The position numbers were made by a program, and so were the translations under genes. Under the pieces are notes generated by a model. It was not told the origin of the DNA and made no database searches. It saw only the letters and a program-made list of their open reading frames with translations. From Bacteroidota bacterium (GTDB lineage Bacteria > Bacteroidota > Bacteroidia > Chitinophagales > BACL12), in assembly GCA_016706865.1 (NCBI GenBank), contig JADJIS010000002.1:1236720-1300719 (forward strand): a stretch of DNA of 64,000 nt. The letters run 5' to 3'. The first letter of the stretch is position 1. Each line of letters begins with the position of its first letter. Below, in pieces: positions 1-10,653 of this stretch.

Positions 1-665
1 GATGGGAAATTTGATGCGCGAAAAAAAATGTTCAAATTAATTAAGGATAAGGGCGTAGTTTTTGAATCGCAATCATTAAAAGATAATGAAGTTCCTATAT
101 TTATTGAAACGTTTTTGAAAAGAAAAAAAGTAACTGCAGATGGTAAGGCGATAAGAATACTGGTTGATCACCTGGGAACCGATCTTTCCAAAATAATAAA
201 TGAACTGGAAAAATTATGTATCAATCTTAAAGATGGCGATCAAATTACCTCTGAGCTGATTGAAAAAAACATTGGAATCAGCAAAGATTATAATGTGTAT
301 GAATTGCAAAGCGCGCTGCTTACAAAAATACAACTTTAGCTTTTACCATCATCAGTTATATGAACGATAATCCAAAGGCAAATCCTTTTGTATTAACCAT
401 ATCCAATATTCATGCTGCATTTCAGAAATTGTATCATTTTATGGCAGGAGGAAATGTGAAGGATTTTGAAATGTTTACGATATACGGCATTCACAGTTCT
501 CAGAAAAATGAATTCAGAGCTGCACGTTCATTATACACACCCTCTCGTGTCGAAGAAATATTTGAGCTAATGCTGGAATTTGATCTTCGTTCCAAAGGTT
601 TACACAATGGAAAAACCGAGGCGGATGAATTGTTAAAAGAACTTGTTTACAGAATATTGAATTAA
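1..665 (+). CDS. holA: DNA polymerase III subunit delta (HolA). The 5' end is cut by the window edge. The frame breaks at an A5 run (~324-328), so the ORF track splits it into 28..339 and 360..665.
   Basis: Frame 1 is open from base 1 (DGKFDARKKMFKL...). Extending the 360 ORF upstream in its own frame reads KNTTLAFTIISYMNDNPKANPF, which continues ...ELQSALLTK. The overall pattern matches the C-terminal half of HolA. Confidence 0.8.
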
Positions 666-675
666 TTAACGGGAA

Positions 676-1639
676 TTAAGGATATTGCATTTTTTTATCC
701 TCATGCATGGCTACTATCAGGTCTTCCCTTGAATCGAATTTTTTATCCTTGCGAATAAATTGTAATATTTTCACAGTAATTGATTCTCCATAAATTGTTT
801 CATTAAAGTCGATAATATAAACCTCTATTCTTTTTTCTGTTTTATTAAAAGTAGGTCTGGTGCCTATGCTTAATAATCCGAATAATTTTATATTGTGATC
901 TTTAAGTATCACTTCTGTAAAATAAACGCCATCGGCAGGAATTAATTTATTGGTATCCTCCACATAGATATTGGCAGTTGGAAATCCGAGTGTTCTTCCT
1001 ATTTGATCACCTTTTACAACATGTCCGGAAAGTTGATAGGGATATCCCAATAATTCGTTCGCCTCCTGCACATTTCCATCTATTAAAAACTTTCTGATCT
1101 TGGAGGAACTCACAGTCAAATGATCAATTACATGTGCTGGTATCTCTTCTATTTTAACGGAATATTTTTCTGCTATGTTTTTTAACAAATGGATATCTCC
1201 GGATCTGTCTTTACCAAATTTATGATCATAACCGAAAACGATAATTGCGGGATTAAATTTTTTGATGAGAAAATTTTCAGCATAATCCGAGGCATCGATT
1301 TCTGAAAATTCGCGTGAAAAAGTGCTTACAACCACGATGTCGACATTATATTTTTTGCAACATGTCTATTTTTTCCTGCAAAGTTGTAAGATAATAAACC
1401 GGTGACTCCGGGGAAATAATATGTCGTGGATGAGGGTGAAAGGTGATAATAATACTCTCTCCATTCACTCTTTTTGCTGCTGCAGTTATAGAGTGAATGA
1501 TCTCCGCATGTCCGCTGTGCACTCCATCGAAGGTTCCAATGGAAATTACAGAGTTGTGAAATGCGGGTAAATTATTAATATCTTTGAAAACTTGCATATA
1601 TTTTGACAAAAGTAAAAATTTGTATCGCAATAACAACAC
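676..1639 (-). CDS. ribF: Bifunctional riboflavin kinase / FAD synthetase (RibF). There is an apparent frameshift at an A6 run (T6 on + strand, 1351-1356). The probable true start is MQVFKD at ~1597.
   Basis: The N-terminal part has IGTFDGVHSGH (nucleotidyltransferase HxGH). The C-terminal part has GRTLGFPTANI and a riboflavin-kinase tail. Removing one A gives the continuous reading ...IDMLQKYNVDIVVVSTFSREF. Confidence 0.9.
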
Positions 1640-1645
1640 AAAATA

Positions 1646-3081
1646 TTGGTGAGCCTCGTGGATAAATTAAAAAAGAATGTTTTATACCTTTTGATCGGAT
1701 GCCTATTAACGGCTTATCTGGTTGCGCGAGCCATTATTTTACCTATTACCATAGATGAAGGAGGAACATTTTATAATGCGGTTCCGCGATCGGTTTGGGA
1801 TATCATTACTTATGTTGATCCAAGTCCCAATAACCATATTTTAAACACTTTACTGATCAAATTTTTGTATCCATTTTTGGTGCTCATTCGCTGATAATTC
1901 GTCTGCCGAATATACTTGCATTTATTTTATATTTTACCGTGGCAGTAATTTGGCTTAAAAAATTGAATACCAATAAATTGTTTGTGTTTTTCGGCATCGT
2001 GGTTTTGACATGCAATCCCTATATGCTCGATTTTTTTGCTTTAGCTAGGGGATATGCTTTATCAATTTCATTTATGTTTTCTTCCATGTATCTGGCTTAT
2101 TTGTATTTTACTTCAAAACAGATCAAAAGTTTGTATTTTGCATTTATAGTTGCTGCTCCTGCTGTGTATTCGAATTTTACCATGCTGAATTTTTATTTGA
2201 GCATGCTTGTGGTATGTAGTATTTTTCTATTGAAAGATAACTGGAATAAACCGGTTAAAATTGTTTTTAAACAGTTTCTCGTTATAATTGGAATTTCCGG
2301 GCTGCTTGTATTTTTATGTTATATACCACTTAACCAAATAACTTCCAACGGCCAATTGCGTTATTGGAGCAGTAATGGTTTTTATCCTGATACTTTTATC
2401 CCGCTTGTAGCAGCCATGATTTACGGAAATGCCTTTTTTTATTCCATAAAGCCACAGATATATAGTATAATTGTTATTGTTTCGCTTATTGGAATAAGTA
2501 TTTACGATCTAAGGAATTTGATTAAAAATAAATTCAATTTTGGTTCCGATTTTCTGTTGTTTAGTTTGTTAGTTTTTGGGGGCACTATCAGTGTTGTTTT
2601 ATTACAATTTTATATATTAAATATTCCATTTCTGAATGCACGCGGGGCTATCTTTTTATATGTTTTGTTTGTAATACCTTTTATTTATTTTTTTAATTCT
2701 ATTTTTATTAAAGGGTATAAATGGAAAAATTGGATGGTAATTCCATTTATTCTCCTCGGCAGCTATCATTTATTGAGTTCCATAAATTTTTATAATTGTC
2801 GGGAATGGTGGTTTGATGCGGATACTAAAAATGTTCTATCTTATTTAGAATCCAAACACGCAGGGGAGGAGATCACCTTAAATACGTATTGGATTTACAA
2901 TACATCCTTTCAGTTTCATATTGATGAACGGCAAAGGGAGAATATTAAATTGGCACCCTATCATCAGGATCTGTGGCCGGATAGTAATTATTTGTATTAT
3001 TATTGCGAAAGAGCGCAAGTTGTAGAATTAGAAAAAATTACCAGGAGGTTATTTCATTTAATGGAGGTAATAATGTTTTGA
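1646..3081 (+). CDS. Polytopic membrane glycosyltransferase, ArnT/PMT-like (GT39/GT83-type). There is an apparent frameshift at a T5 run (1874-1878).
   Basis: A DEGGTFYN loop motif follows TM1, and there are many TM segments. The downstream frame read backwards gives FGAHSLIIRLPNILAFILYFTVAVIW, which joins ...NHILNTLLIKFLYPF. Confidence 0.7.
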
Positions 3082-3091
3082 TGAAAAAACG

Positions 3092-3784
3092 TTAAGAGGT
3101 GATACTTTCCATAAACTGATCTATCGAAATTGCATCCTCTATTTTAAAATAACCCACTCTTGTTCTGCGAAGAGATGATAAATAACCTCCACAACCTAAT
3201 TCCTTTCCAAGATCATGTGCAAGGCTTCTGATGTAGGTTCCCTTGCTGCAACTTACCTTAAAATGCACCAGAGGTAATTCTATCGAAGTTATTTCGAAGG
3301 AATAGATGGTGATATTTCGTGATTTAATTATTAATTCCTCTCCTGCTCTTGCATAACTATATGCACGGCGACCATCTACTTTTACAGATGAATAAATTGG
3401 AGGAACCTGTTCTATGGTTCCTGTAAATTTCTCTTTAGCAGCAATTATTTTTTCTTCCGTAATATTTTCCAGACTAAAAGTTTCTGTAATCTCTGTTTCA
3501 GCATCATAACTCGGAGTTATGCCTCCTAAAGTTATAGTTCCGGTATATTCTTTATCGAGCGTTTGTAGTTCTTCTGCTTTTTTGGTGAAACTACCTGTTA
3601 CAATTATAAGTAATCCGGTTGCGAGAGGATCGAGGGTTCCTGCGTGGCCAACCTTTAATTTTTTCTGATTGCAGAATCGCTGCAAGGGTCCTCGTATTTT
3701 ACCTATCACGTCGAAGGAAGTCCATTGCATCGGTTTATCGATGAGCAAATAAGTTCCTTCAATAAATTGTTTCGCTGTATACAT
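3092..3784 (-). CDS. truB: tRNA pseudouridine(55) synthase TruB
   Basis: GHAGTLDPLATGLL catalytic-Asp motif. Length is 230 aa. It is adjacent to ribF, as in many bacteria. Confidence 0.95.
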   Translation of the reverse strand: MYTAKQFIEGTYLLIDKPMQWTSFDVIGKIRGPLQRFCNQKKLKVGHAGTLDPLATGLLIIVTGSFTKKAEELQTLDKEYTGTITLGGITPSYDAETEITETFSLENITEEKIIAAKEKFTGTIEQVPPIYSSVKVDGRRAYSYARAGEELIIKSRNITIYSFEITSIELPLVHFKVSCSKGTYIRSLAHDLGKELGCGGYLSSLRRTRVGYFKIEDAISIDQFMESITS

Positions 3785-3785
3785 A

Positions 3786-4622
3786 TTAAACTACCTTGAG
3801 ATCAACACCCAATGCGAGTAAAATTAAGATAATGGAACCTACTATGATGCGGTAATAACCAAAAATTTTAAATCCGTGTTTTGTAAGGAAGCTGACAAAA
3901 CTGCGCATGGCAATTAATGCAATTATAAATGCAACAATATTTCCAATAATAAAACACAGGATATTATTATTGGAGCTCAATAATATTTCATAGGCTGCTG
4001 TTCCTGCATTTGGACCTTCTTCAATTTCTTTTAAAAATAAAGAATAAGCAGTAGCAGCAAACATGGTTGGAACAGCGAGAAAAAAAGAAAATTCAGCCGC
4101 AGTTTTTCTTGTGAGTTTTTGTGTGAGTCCCCCGATTATTGTTGCAGCAGAACGCGACACACCTGGAATAACCGCGAGGCATTGAAATACTCCGATAAGA
4201 AAGGAATTTTTATAGGATATATTATCGGTGGAAGTAATATCCTTTTCTTCATCTCTTCCAAATAATTTATCGATGAATAATAAAACTATTCCCCCTAAAA
4301 TCAAGGCAATTGCAACAACGGTTACATTTTCCAACATGGCATCAATTTCATCACCAAATAAAAATCCTATTGCTGCTGCAGGAATAAATCCTATAAATAA
4401 CTTTAAATAAAAATTTACCGTTTTAAAAAATCTTTTCCAATACAATATTACCACCGATAATATTGCGCCGAATTGAATAGCAACCGTAAATATTTTGGTA
4501 AAATCATCTTCCGCAATACCCATTAAGGAAGATGCAATTATCATGTGCCCGGTAGAGGAAACGGGTAAAAATTCAGTTATTCCTTCTACTATAGCAAGAA
4601 TAACTGCTTCGAATATGGTCAT
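3786..4622 (-). CDS. uppP: Undecaprenyl-diphosphate phosphatase (UppP/BacA)
   Basis: [15 protein letters not shown] and [13 protein letters not shown] motifs, with about 8 TM segments. Confidence 0.95.
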   Translation of the reverse strand: MTIFEAVILAIVEGITEFLPVSSTGHMIIASSLMGIAEDDFTKIFTVAIQFGAILSVVILYWKRFFKTVNFYLKLFIGFIPAAAIGFLFGDEIDAMLENVTVVAIALILGGIVLLFIDKLFGRDEEKDITSTDNISYKNSFLIGVFQCLAVIPGVSRSAATIIGGLTQKLTRKTAAEFSFFLAVPTMFAATAYSLFLKEIEEGPNAGTAAYEILLSSNNNILCFIIGNIVAFIIALIAMRSFVSFLTKHGFKIFGYYRIIVGSIILILLALGVDLKVV

Positions 4623-4631
4623 GAAACGGGA

Positions 4632-4919
4632 TTATTTTTTTGATCTGTGAAACACAGCATAAATTTCGATGGCAAATCCAACTATCACAACAATAGGGGC
4701 AATGGTGATCCTGCGCGTACTGTATACCTCCGCTCTGGGGAATACATTGGGGTCGGTCCATTTACCACCACTCATTAAAATAAATCCGATTATAATTACT
4801 ACCAAACCCAGAATGATAAGGTAATAATTTTCTTTTCCCAACACCATTTTTCCCATAAAATTTGCGGGATTAACCGGTTTTGGTGCTTCTTTTTTTTGAG
4901 TTTGTTTGCTGTCTAACAT
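4632..4919 (-). CDS. Small membrane protein, DUF3098-like
   Basis: 95 aa with two TM helices. It sits between ftsX and uppP, which is the conserved Bacteroidota position. Confidence 0.7.
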   Translation of the reverse strand: MLDSKQTQKKEAPKPVNPANFMGKMVLGKENYYLIILGLVVIIIGFILMSGGKWTDPNVFPRAEVYSTRRITIAPIVVIVGFAIEIYAVFHRSKK

Positions 4920-4934
4920 CTTACTAAATTAATA

Positions 4935-5823
4935 TTAATACAATTCATCCAACTTCATGTTGATGTATTTGTGAACCGAATTTCTAGTGCTGTACCAGGT
5001 GATCATAACTCCCACACCTAAAAGCATTAAAAAAGTATATATAAATCCTCTTTTTAAAGTTGCATTGGTAAAATCCCAATAGTGAAAATTATTGTGTACA
5101 CATTACTGCAATAAATAAAACTATCATTGCAACACCTGCACTGCACAAACCATTAATGATACTTCTGCGAACATATGGTCCGGTAATAAAGGAACGTGTA
5201 GCGCCAACCAACTGCATACTTCTCACCAAAAAGCGATTGGAATACATGCTCAGACGAATTGTTTTATCAATAATGGCTATGGATATTATCAAAAATAAAA
5301 TGGAAAGTCCGGCAATTACAAATCCGGCAATTTTGAGGTCGCTGTCTACCGAACTAATTAATTCCTCATTTGCTCTTGTATGGGTTATTTCGGGATATAT
5401 CTGCAATTTTTCGCGAAACATTCCCATGCTGTCGATATTAACTGCAGATGCATTTAAACTGATATCCACCGATGCAGGTAATGGGTTTACATCACCCAGA
5501 ATTTCTGAAGGATCTTCGTTGAATTTATTTTCAAAGATCTTCATGGCATCATCCTTAGAAATAAATTTGGTTGATTTAACAGAAGGTTCTGCTTCTATCT
5601 TTTTTAATAATTTATCTATATCGGTTTGGGTTAGTCCTTCTTTCAGATAAGCAGAAATTACAAGGTCTTCTTTGATATTGGCTTCTTCATATTTAAAGGA
5701 AATGAACAGAATGCACATTAAACCCAACATCAGCAATGCTAATGAGGTGATGAGGATGGAATTGATATAATGCGTTTGCTTGCGTTGAAGCGATTTTCCG
5801 GCCTGTTGCGACATTGGCTGCAA
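4935..5823 (-). CDS. ftsX: Cell-division ABC permease-like protein FtsX. There is an apparent frameshift at ~5092-5102 (TGTGT context). The ORF track shows only 5089..5823.
   Basis: The 244-aa ORF has TM1-TM3 but lacks TM4. The adjacent frame (4935..5102) reads CVHNNFHYWDFTNATLKRGFIYTFLMLLGVGVMITWYSTRNSVHKYINMKLDELY*, which supplies the missing TM4 and tail. Confidence 0.85.
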
Positions 5824-6172
5824 ATTTAGCGGTTTTACCCGATTGAACGCAAAAGGTTATTGGAAATTGCTGTGGGTAAGTGAATACTTTGGGTAGAAAT
5901 TGTATTTTACGGGAGAGTGCGTGAGGGATTGCAACGGAAACCCCGCAGCCGAGGCACGAGGCGAGGAGTTGCAGTGGAAAGCCCGACCCGTAGGGACACG
6001 CCCGCCTGACCAATTGAACATAATTGCATTATCGATAAATTTATCAAGTCCTATAATTTAAAGTAGGTTTGAAATTATCGCTTAGGTCATTCGGGCAGGC
6101 CCAAAACGCCTTTAGACAATTGTGATTGCTTCTGTTTTCCCTAAAATGCCCTGAATTCGCTAATTTTGGCGC

Positions 6173-8987
6173 ATGGAATATTCGATAGACCGGATAAAGG
6201 AAATAGAGAAAAAATGGAATAAAAAGTGGGAGGAAACCCAATTATATAAGGTTGTTGAGGATACAACGCGACCGAAATATTATGTATTGGATATGTTTCC
6301 ATACCCGAGTGGAAGCGGTTTGCATGTTGGGCACCCGCTGGGATATGTTGCGAGTGATATTGTTTCGCGCTATAAAAGGTTGAAGGGATTTAATGTTTTG
6401 CATCCGATGGGTTTTGATGCTTTTGGCTTGCCGGCTGAGCAATATGCGATTGAAACCGGTCAGCATCCGGCGGTTACCACCGAAAAAAATATTAATTATT
6501 TCCGTGAACAATTAATGCGCATGGGTTTCCAGTTACGATTGGAGCCGTGAAGTGAAAACGAGTGATCCAAAATTTTATAAATGGACGCAGTGGATATTTA
6601 TGCAATTATTTAAATGCTGGTATAATCCATTTAATGATAAGGCGGAATATCTCGACTCATTAATTTCGATTTTAAATACAGAAGGAAGTAAAAAATTATT
6701 TGATCTTGATAAATGTGAACAAATAATAACTGCAGAAGAGTGGAATAAATATTCGGAGGAAGAACAGCAACGATTTTTAATGCAATTTCGTTTGGCATAT
6801 TTAGATCATGCTGAGGTGTGGTGGTGCGAAATTTTGGGAACTGTTTTGGCAAATGATGAAGTAAAAGATGGTGTAAGTGAACGCGGCGGACACCCTGTTG
6901 AAAAAATAAAAATGCGCCAATGGTTTCTGCGTATAACCAATTTTGCAGAAAGATTATTGGAAGGATTGGATCGTGTTGATTTTAGCGACAGCATGAAAGA
7001 AATGCAACGCAATTGGATCGGTAAAAGTGAAGGTGCACTGGTTGATTTTAAAATTAATTTTGACTCGAAGCAATCCCCCCTCCAGGGGGGCACGGGGGGT
7101 GAAGGGGGAGCTATCCAAATTTTTACCACTCGTCCAGATACCATTTTCGGTGCAACGTTTATGGTGTTGGCACCGGAACATGAATTGGTTTCAAAAATTA
7201 CAACTTCAGATCAAAAAATTGAGGTTGAAGAATATATTAAATATGTAAAAAGCAGAAGTGAACGCGACAGAATAAGTGAAGTAAAAAAAGTAACGGGACA
7301 ATTTACGGGAGCCTATGCAATTAACCCTTTTACAGCAAAAAATATACCAATTTACATAGCGGAATATGTGTTGGCGGGGTATGGCACAGGAGCAATTATG
7401 GCTGTTCCGAGTAATGATGAAAGAGATCGTGCTTTTGCGGAAAAATTTGGTTTGGAAATAATTGAGGTTGTTGATCAATCGAATTTTCCTAATGCGAGCA
7501 GAGAAGATAAAATTGGTAAATTAATTAATTCTGATCTGTTAAATGATCTGGAAGTTAAGGATGCAATAAAAACTATTTTAGACGCGATAGAAAAAAGGGG
7601 AATTGGAAAAAGAAAAATTAATTTCCGTATGCGCGATGCAGGTTATTCTCGTCAGCGTTATTGGGGTGAACCATTTCCGGTGTATTATAAAAATGAAATA
7701 CCTTATTTATTAGCAGAAAAAGAATTGCCTGTTTTACTTCCCGAAGTAGAAACATATAAACCAAGTGGTGCGGGAAAATCACCATTATCTTCCCTTAAAG
7801 AATGGGTGAATTTACCGGATAATACAACACGTGAAACTGATACCATGCCGGGATATGCCGGATCGAGCTGGTATTTTTATCGGTATATGGATGTGGATAA
7901 TGAAAATGAATTCGCATCGAAAGAAAAAATAAATTATTGGAAGGATGTTGATTTTTATATAGGCGGAACTGAACACGCTGTTGGGCATTTATTATATTCC
8001 AGAATGTGGAATAAATTTTTGTTTGACCTTGGATTAGTGCCGATGGATGAGCCTTATAAAAAATTGGTAAATCAGGGCATGATCCAGGGATTTTCAAAAA
8101 TTGTTTATAGGGTTAGCGGGACGAATTTATTTGTGACCAAAAGTGAAAAAGATAATTACGAAGTAACGGAATTACGTGTTGATACGAAATTGGTGGATGG
8201 TGATGTTTTGGATTTAGAGGGATTTAAGAAATGGAGAAGTGATTTTGCAAATGCTGAATTTATATTAGAAGGCGGCAAATTCTATTGCGGAATTGAATTG
8301 GAAAAAATGTCCAAATCCAAACACAATGTTGTAAATCCAGATGAAGTTATCGATGAGTACGGAGCAGATTGTTTTCGCGTGTATGAAATGTTTTTAGGTC
8401 CTCTTGATGCAGGTAAACCCTGGGATACCAAAGGCATTACCGGAGTATACGGCTTCTTGCGAAAATTATGGCGCTTATTTATTGATGAGAATGGCAATGT
8501 AAAAGTAACGGATGAAAAGGCGAGCAATGAAGAATTAAAAATCTTGCATAAAACGATTAAAAAAGCGGGTGAGGATATTGAAAGGTTAGGATTTAACACT
8601 GCGGTAAGCGCTTTTATGATCTGTGTGAACGAATTGGGAACCTTAAAGTGTTATAAAAAAGAAGTTCTTGAAAAGGTGTTGATATTGGTTGCTCCTTTTG
8701 CTCCTTTTATTGCGGAGGAATTATGGGAAAAAATAGGAAACAGGGGAAGCATTCACGCTGCAACCTGGCCGGTATTTGAGAATAGTTTTCTGGTGGAAAA
8801 CTCTTTTAATTATCCCGTTTCCATAAACGGAAAAGCGAGAGCGAATGTGGAATTACCTTTGGATATGCCAACTGAAGAAATAGAAAGAACTGTTTTGGCG
8901 TTGGAATCGGTAATTAAATGGACGGAAGGTAAAACACCTAAAAAAGTGATAATAGTGAAGGGGAAAATTGTAAACGTAGTAGTATAA
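6173..8987 (+). CDS. leuS: Leucine--tRNA ligase (LeuS). There is an apparent 1-nt frameshift at ~6526-6530 (TTTCC). The ORF track splits it into 6173..6550 and 6552..8987.
   Basis: [16 protein letters not shown] (HIGH), KMSKSK (KMSKS), TTRPDT. The second frame read backwards gives [22 protein letters not shown], which continues ...LMRMGF. Confidence 0.97.
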
Positions 8988-9097
8988 ATATTAGTTAAAT
9001 CTTATTTGTCGTGTGAATTGGGCCAGAGTCAGTTTTCCTTTCCGAAAACTTCCCGTTCTTTCCGTCTTCCCGGCAAATTAATCCAAATTACAAAACA

Positions 9098-9616
9098 ATG
9101 AAAAAAATATTTTTTTTAATTCCAATCCTTTTTTCTTTTTTAATTTCTACAGCTCAGGACGTATCAGTAAATATTAAGTCCCAAGCCGAAAAAATGGTAA
9201 CTGCTTTTAAAGATGAAAATTATAGTGATCTATTAGATTATACTTATCCAAAAATTCTGGAAATAGCAGGTGGGAAAGAAGTATTGGAATCGATGGTTAA
9301 ACAAATGATGGATGGTATGAAAGCAGATGGTGTATTCGTTGACTCCGCTACAGTTGGTGAGCCAGGAGCAATCTTTGAAGCCGGAAGTGAATTACATTCC
9401 ACTATTACACAAACTGTATACATGAAATACACGGGTGGAAGAATGATAAGTGAAAGTACATTGTTGGCTGTATCCACCGATGCCGGATTAAATTGGTATT
9501 TTTTGGATATTAAACAATTAACTCCGGAAATGAAAACACAATTTTTTCCCGATTTTAATCCCGAACTTATAATACCGGAACCCAAACCATTAATTACTAT
9601 TAATGATGAAAATTAA
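9098..9616 (+). CDS. Hypothetical secreted protein (signal peptide)
   Basis: N-terminal MKKIFFLIPILFSFLISTAQD. No recognisable motif. Confidence 0.5.
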   Translation: MKKIFFLIPILFSFLISTAQDVSVNIKSQAEKMVTAFKDENYSDLLDYTYPKILEIAGGKEVLESMVKQMMDGMKADGVFVDSATVGEPGAIFEAGSELHSTITQTVYMKYTGGRMISESTLLAVSTDAGLNWYFLDIKQLTPEMKTQFFPDFNPELIIPEPKPLITINDEN

Positions 9617-9622
9617 TCAAAA

Positions 9623-10483
9623 ATGCCTGAGAAAATAAAATTAGTAGAATGTCCGCGCGATGCCATGCAGGGTATTCATGAATTTATTTCTACGGAAAAA
9701 AAGGTGGCATATATTAACCAATTATTAAAGGTTGGATTTGATACCATTGATTTCGGAAGTTTTGTCTCACCAAAAGCAATTCCGCAAATGGCGGATACAG
9801 CTGAGGTTTTAAATCAGTTGGACCTTTCAGGTAGCAAATCAAAATTACTCGCCATTATCGGAAATGTCCGAGGAGCGGAAGATGCTGTTAAATTTGAACG
9901 CATTAATTATCTGGGATTTCCTTTTTCCATTTCCGAAACATTTCAGCAGCGCAATATAAATTCTTCTATTACAGAAAGTGTTGACCGCGTTAAAGAAATA
10001 AAACAATTGTGTGATGATAATGGCAAACAATTAATGATCTATATTTCCATGGGTTTCGGTAATCCTTATGGTGATCCATGGAGTGCCGAAGTAGCTGCGG
10101 AGTGGGTGGAAAAAATGGTGCAGTTGAATATTAAATATATTTCACTTGCTGATACTATTGGAATTGCAAATCCTGAATCCATTGAATATTTATTTTCTTA
10201 TTTAATTCCGAAATTTCCCGCAGTGGAATTTGGTGCACATTTACATACTACCCCCGATGCCTGGTTGGAAAAAATTGATGCAGCCTATAAAAGTGGATGC
10301 AGAAGATTTGATGGTGCAATAAAAGGTTTTGGTGGTTGTCCCATGGCTGCTGATGATCTCACAGGTAATATGGCTACTGAAAATATTATTCAATATTTCA
10401 GACATGAGGATATTGAATTGAATATTAATTTAAAAGAATTTCGCGAGAGTGTGCGGAAGGCGTTGCTGACGTTTCCCGTTTAG
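9623..10483 (+). CDS. Hydroxymethylglutaryl-CoA lyase (HMGL-like TIM barrel)
   Basis: VECPRDAMQG N-terminal motif, ADTIGIANP, HLHTTPD. Length is 286 aa. Confidence 0.85.
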   Translation: MPEKIKLVECPRDAMQGIHEFISTEKKVAYINQLLKVGFDTIDFGSFVSPKAIPQMADTAEVLNQLDLSGSKSKLLAIIGNVRGAEDAVKFERINYLGFPFSISETFQQRNINSSITESVDRVKEIKQLCDDNGKQLMIYISMGFGNPYGDPWSAEVAAEWVEKMVQLNIKYISLADTIGIANPESIEYLFSYLIPKFPAVEFGAHLHTTPDAWLEKIDAAYKSGCRRFDGAIKGFGGCPMAADDLTGNMATENIIQYFRHEDIELNINLKEFRESVRKALLTFPV

Positions 10484-10653
10484 CTGGAGGGACATAGGAC
10501 ATAAGTGTTGTATAGCATCACATAGGTAACACTTTTGGTCACTCCCTAGAGATCCTTGTATTTTGGGGTTGCCCTTAAGGGCGTTTAAGGGTCGATTCTA
10601 TAGCAATACATAGGTAACACTTTTTCCCTTTGGCTTTAAATCAAACAAGAAGG

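Noticed and set aside
5693-6013. 106-aa minus-strand ORF across the ftsX start and the GC-rich island
   Set aside because: It overlaps the ftsX N-terminus in another frame. Its composition is driven by the GC-rich repeat, and it has no recognisable motif.
5824-6172. T-box or other riboswitch leader upstream of leuS
   Set aside because: No specifier or T-box consensus, or other riboswitch core, was recognisable by eye. Bacteroidota generally lack T-boxes.
320-6535. Programmed recoding (+1/-1 frameshifting) in holA, ribF, ftsX and leuS
   Set aside because: No conserved slippery heptamer plus downstream structure is seen. Three sites are plain homopolymers and these genes have no known recoding. 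Indel errors are the economical explanation (kept as a finding because of the odd clustering).
5156-8599. Numerous antisense or off-frame ORFs inside ftsX and leuS (e.g. 5156..5650, 6242..6511, 6806..7144, 7206..7478, 7795..8097, 8282..8599)
   Set aside because: They are shadow ORFs opposite strongly supported genes, which is typical in AT-rich DNA with few stop codons on the antisense strand.
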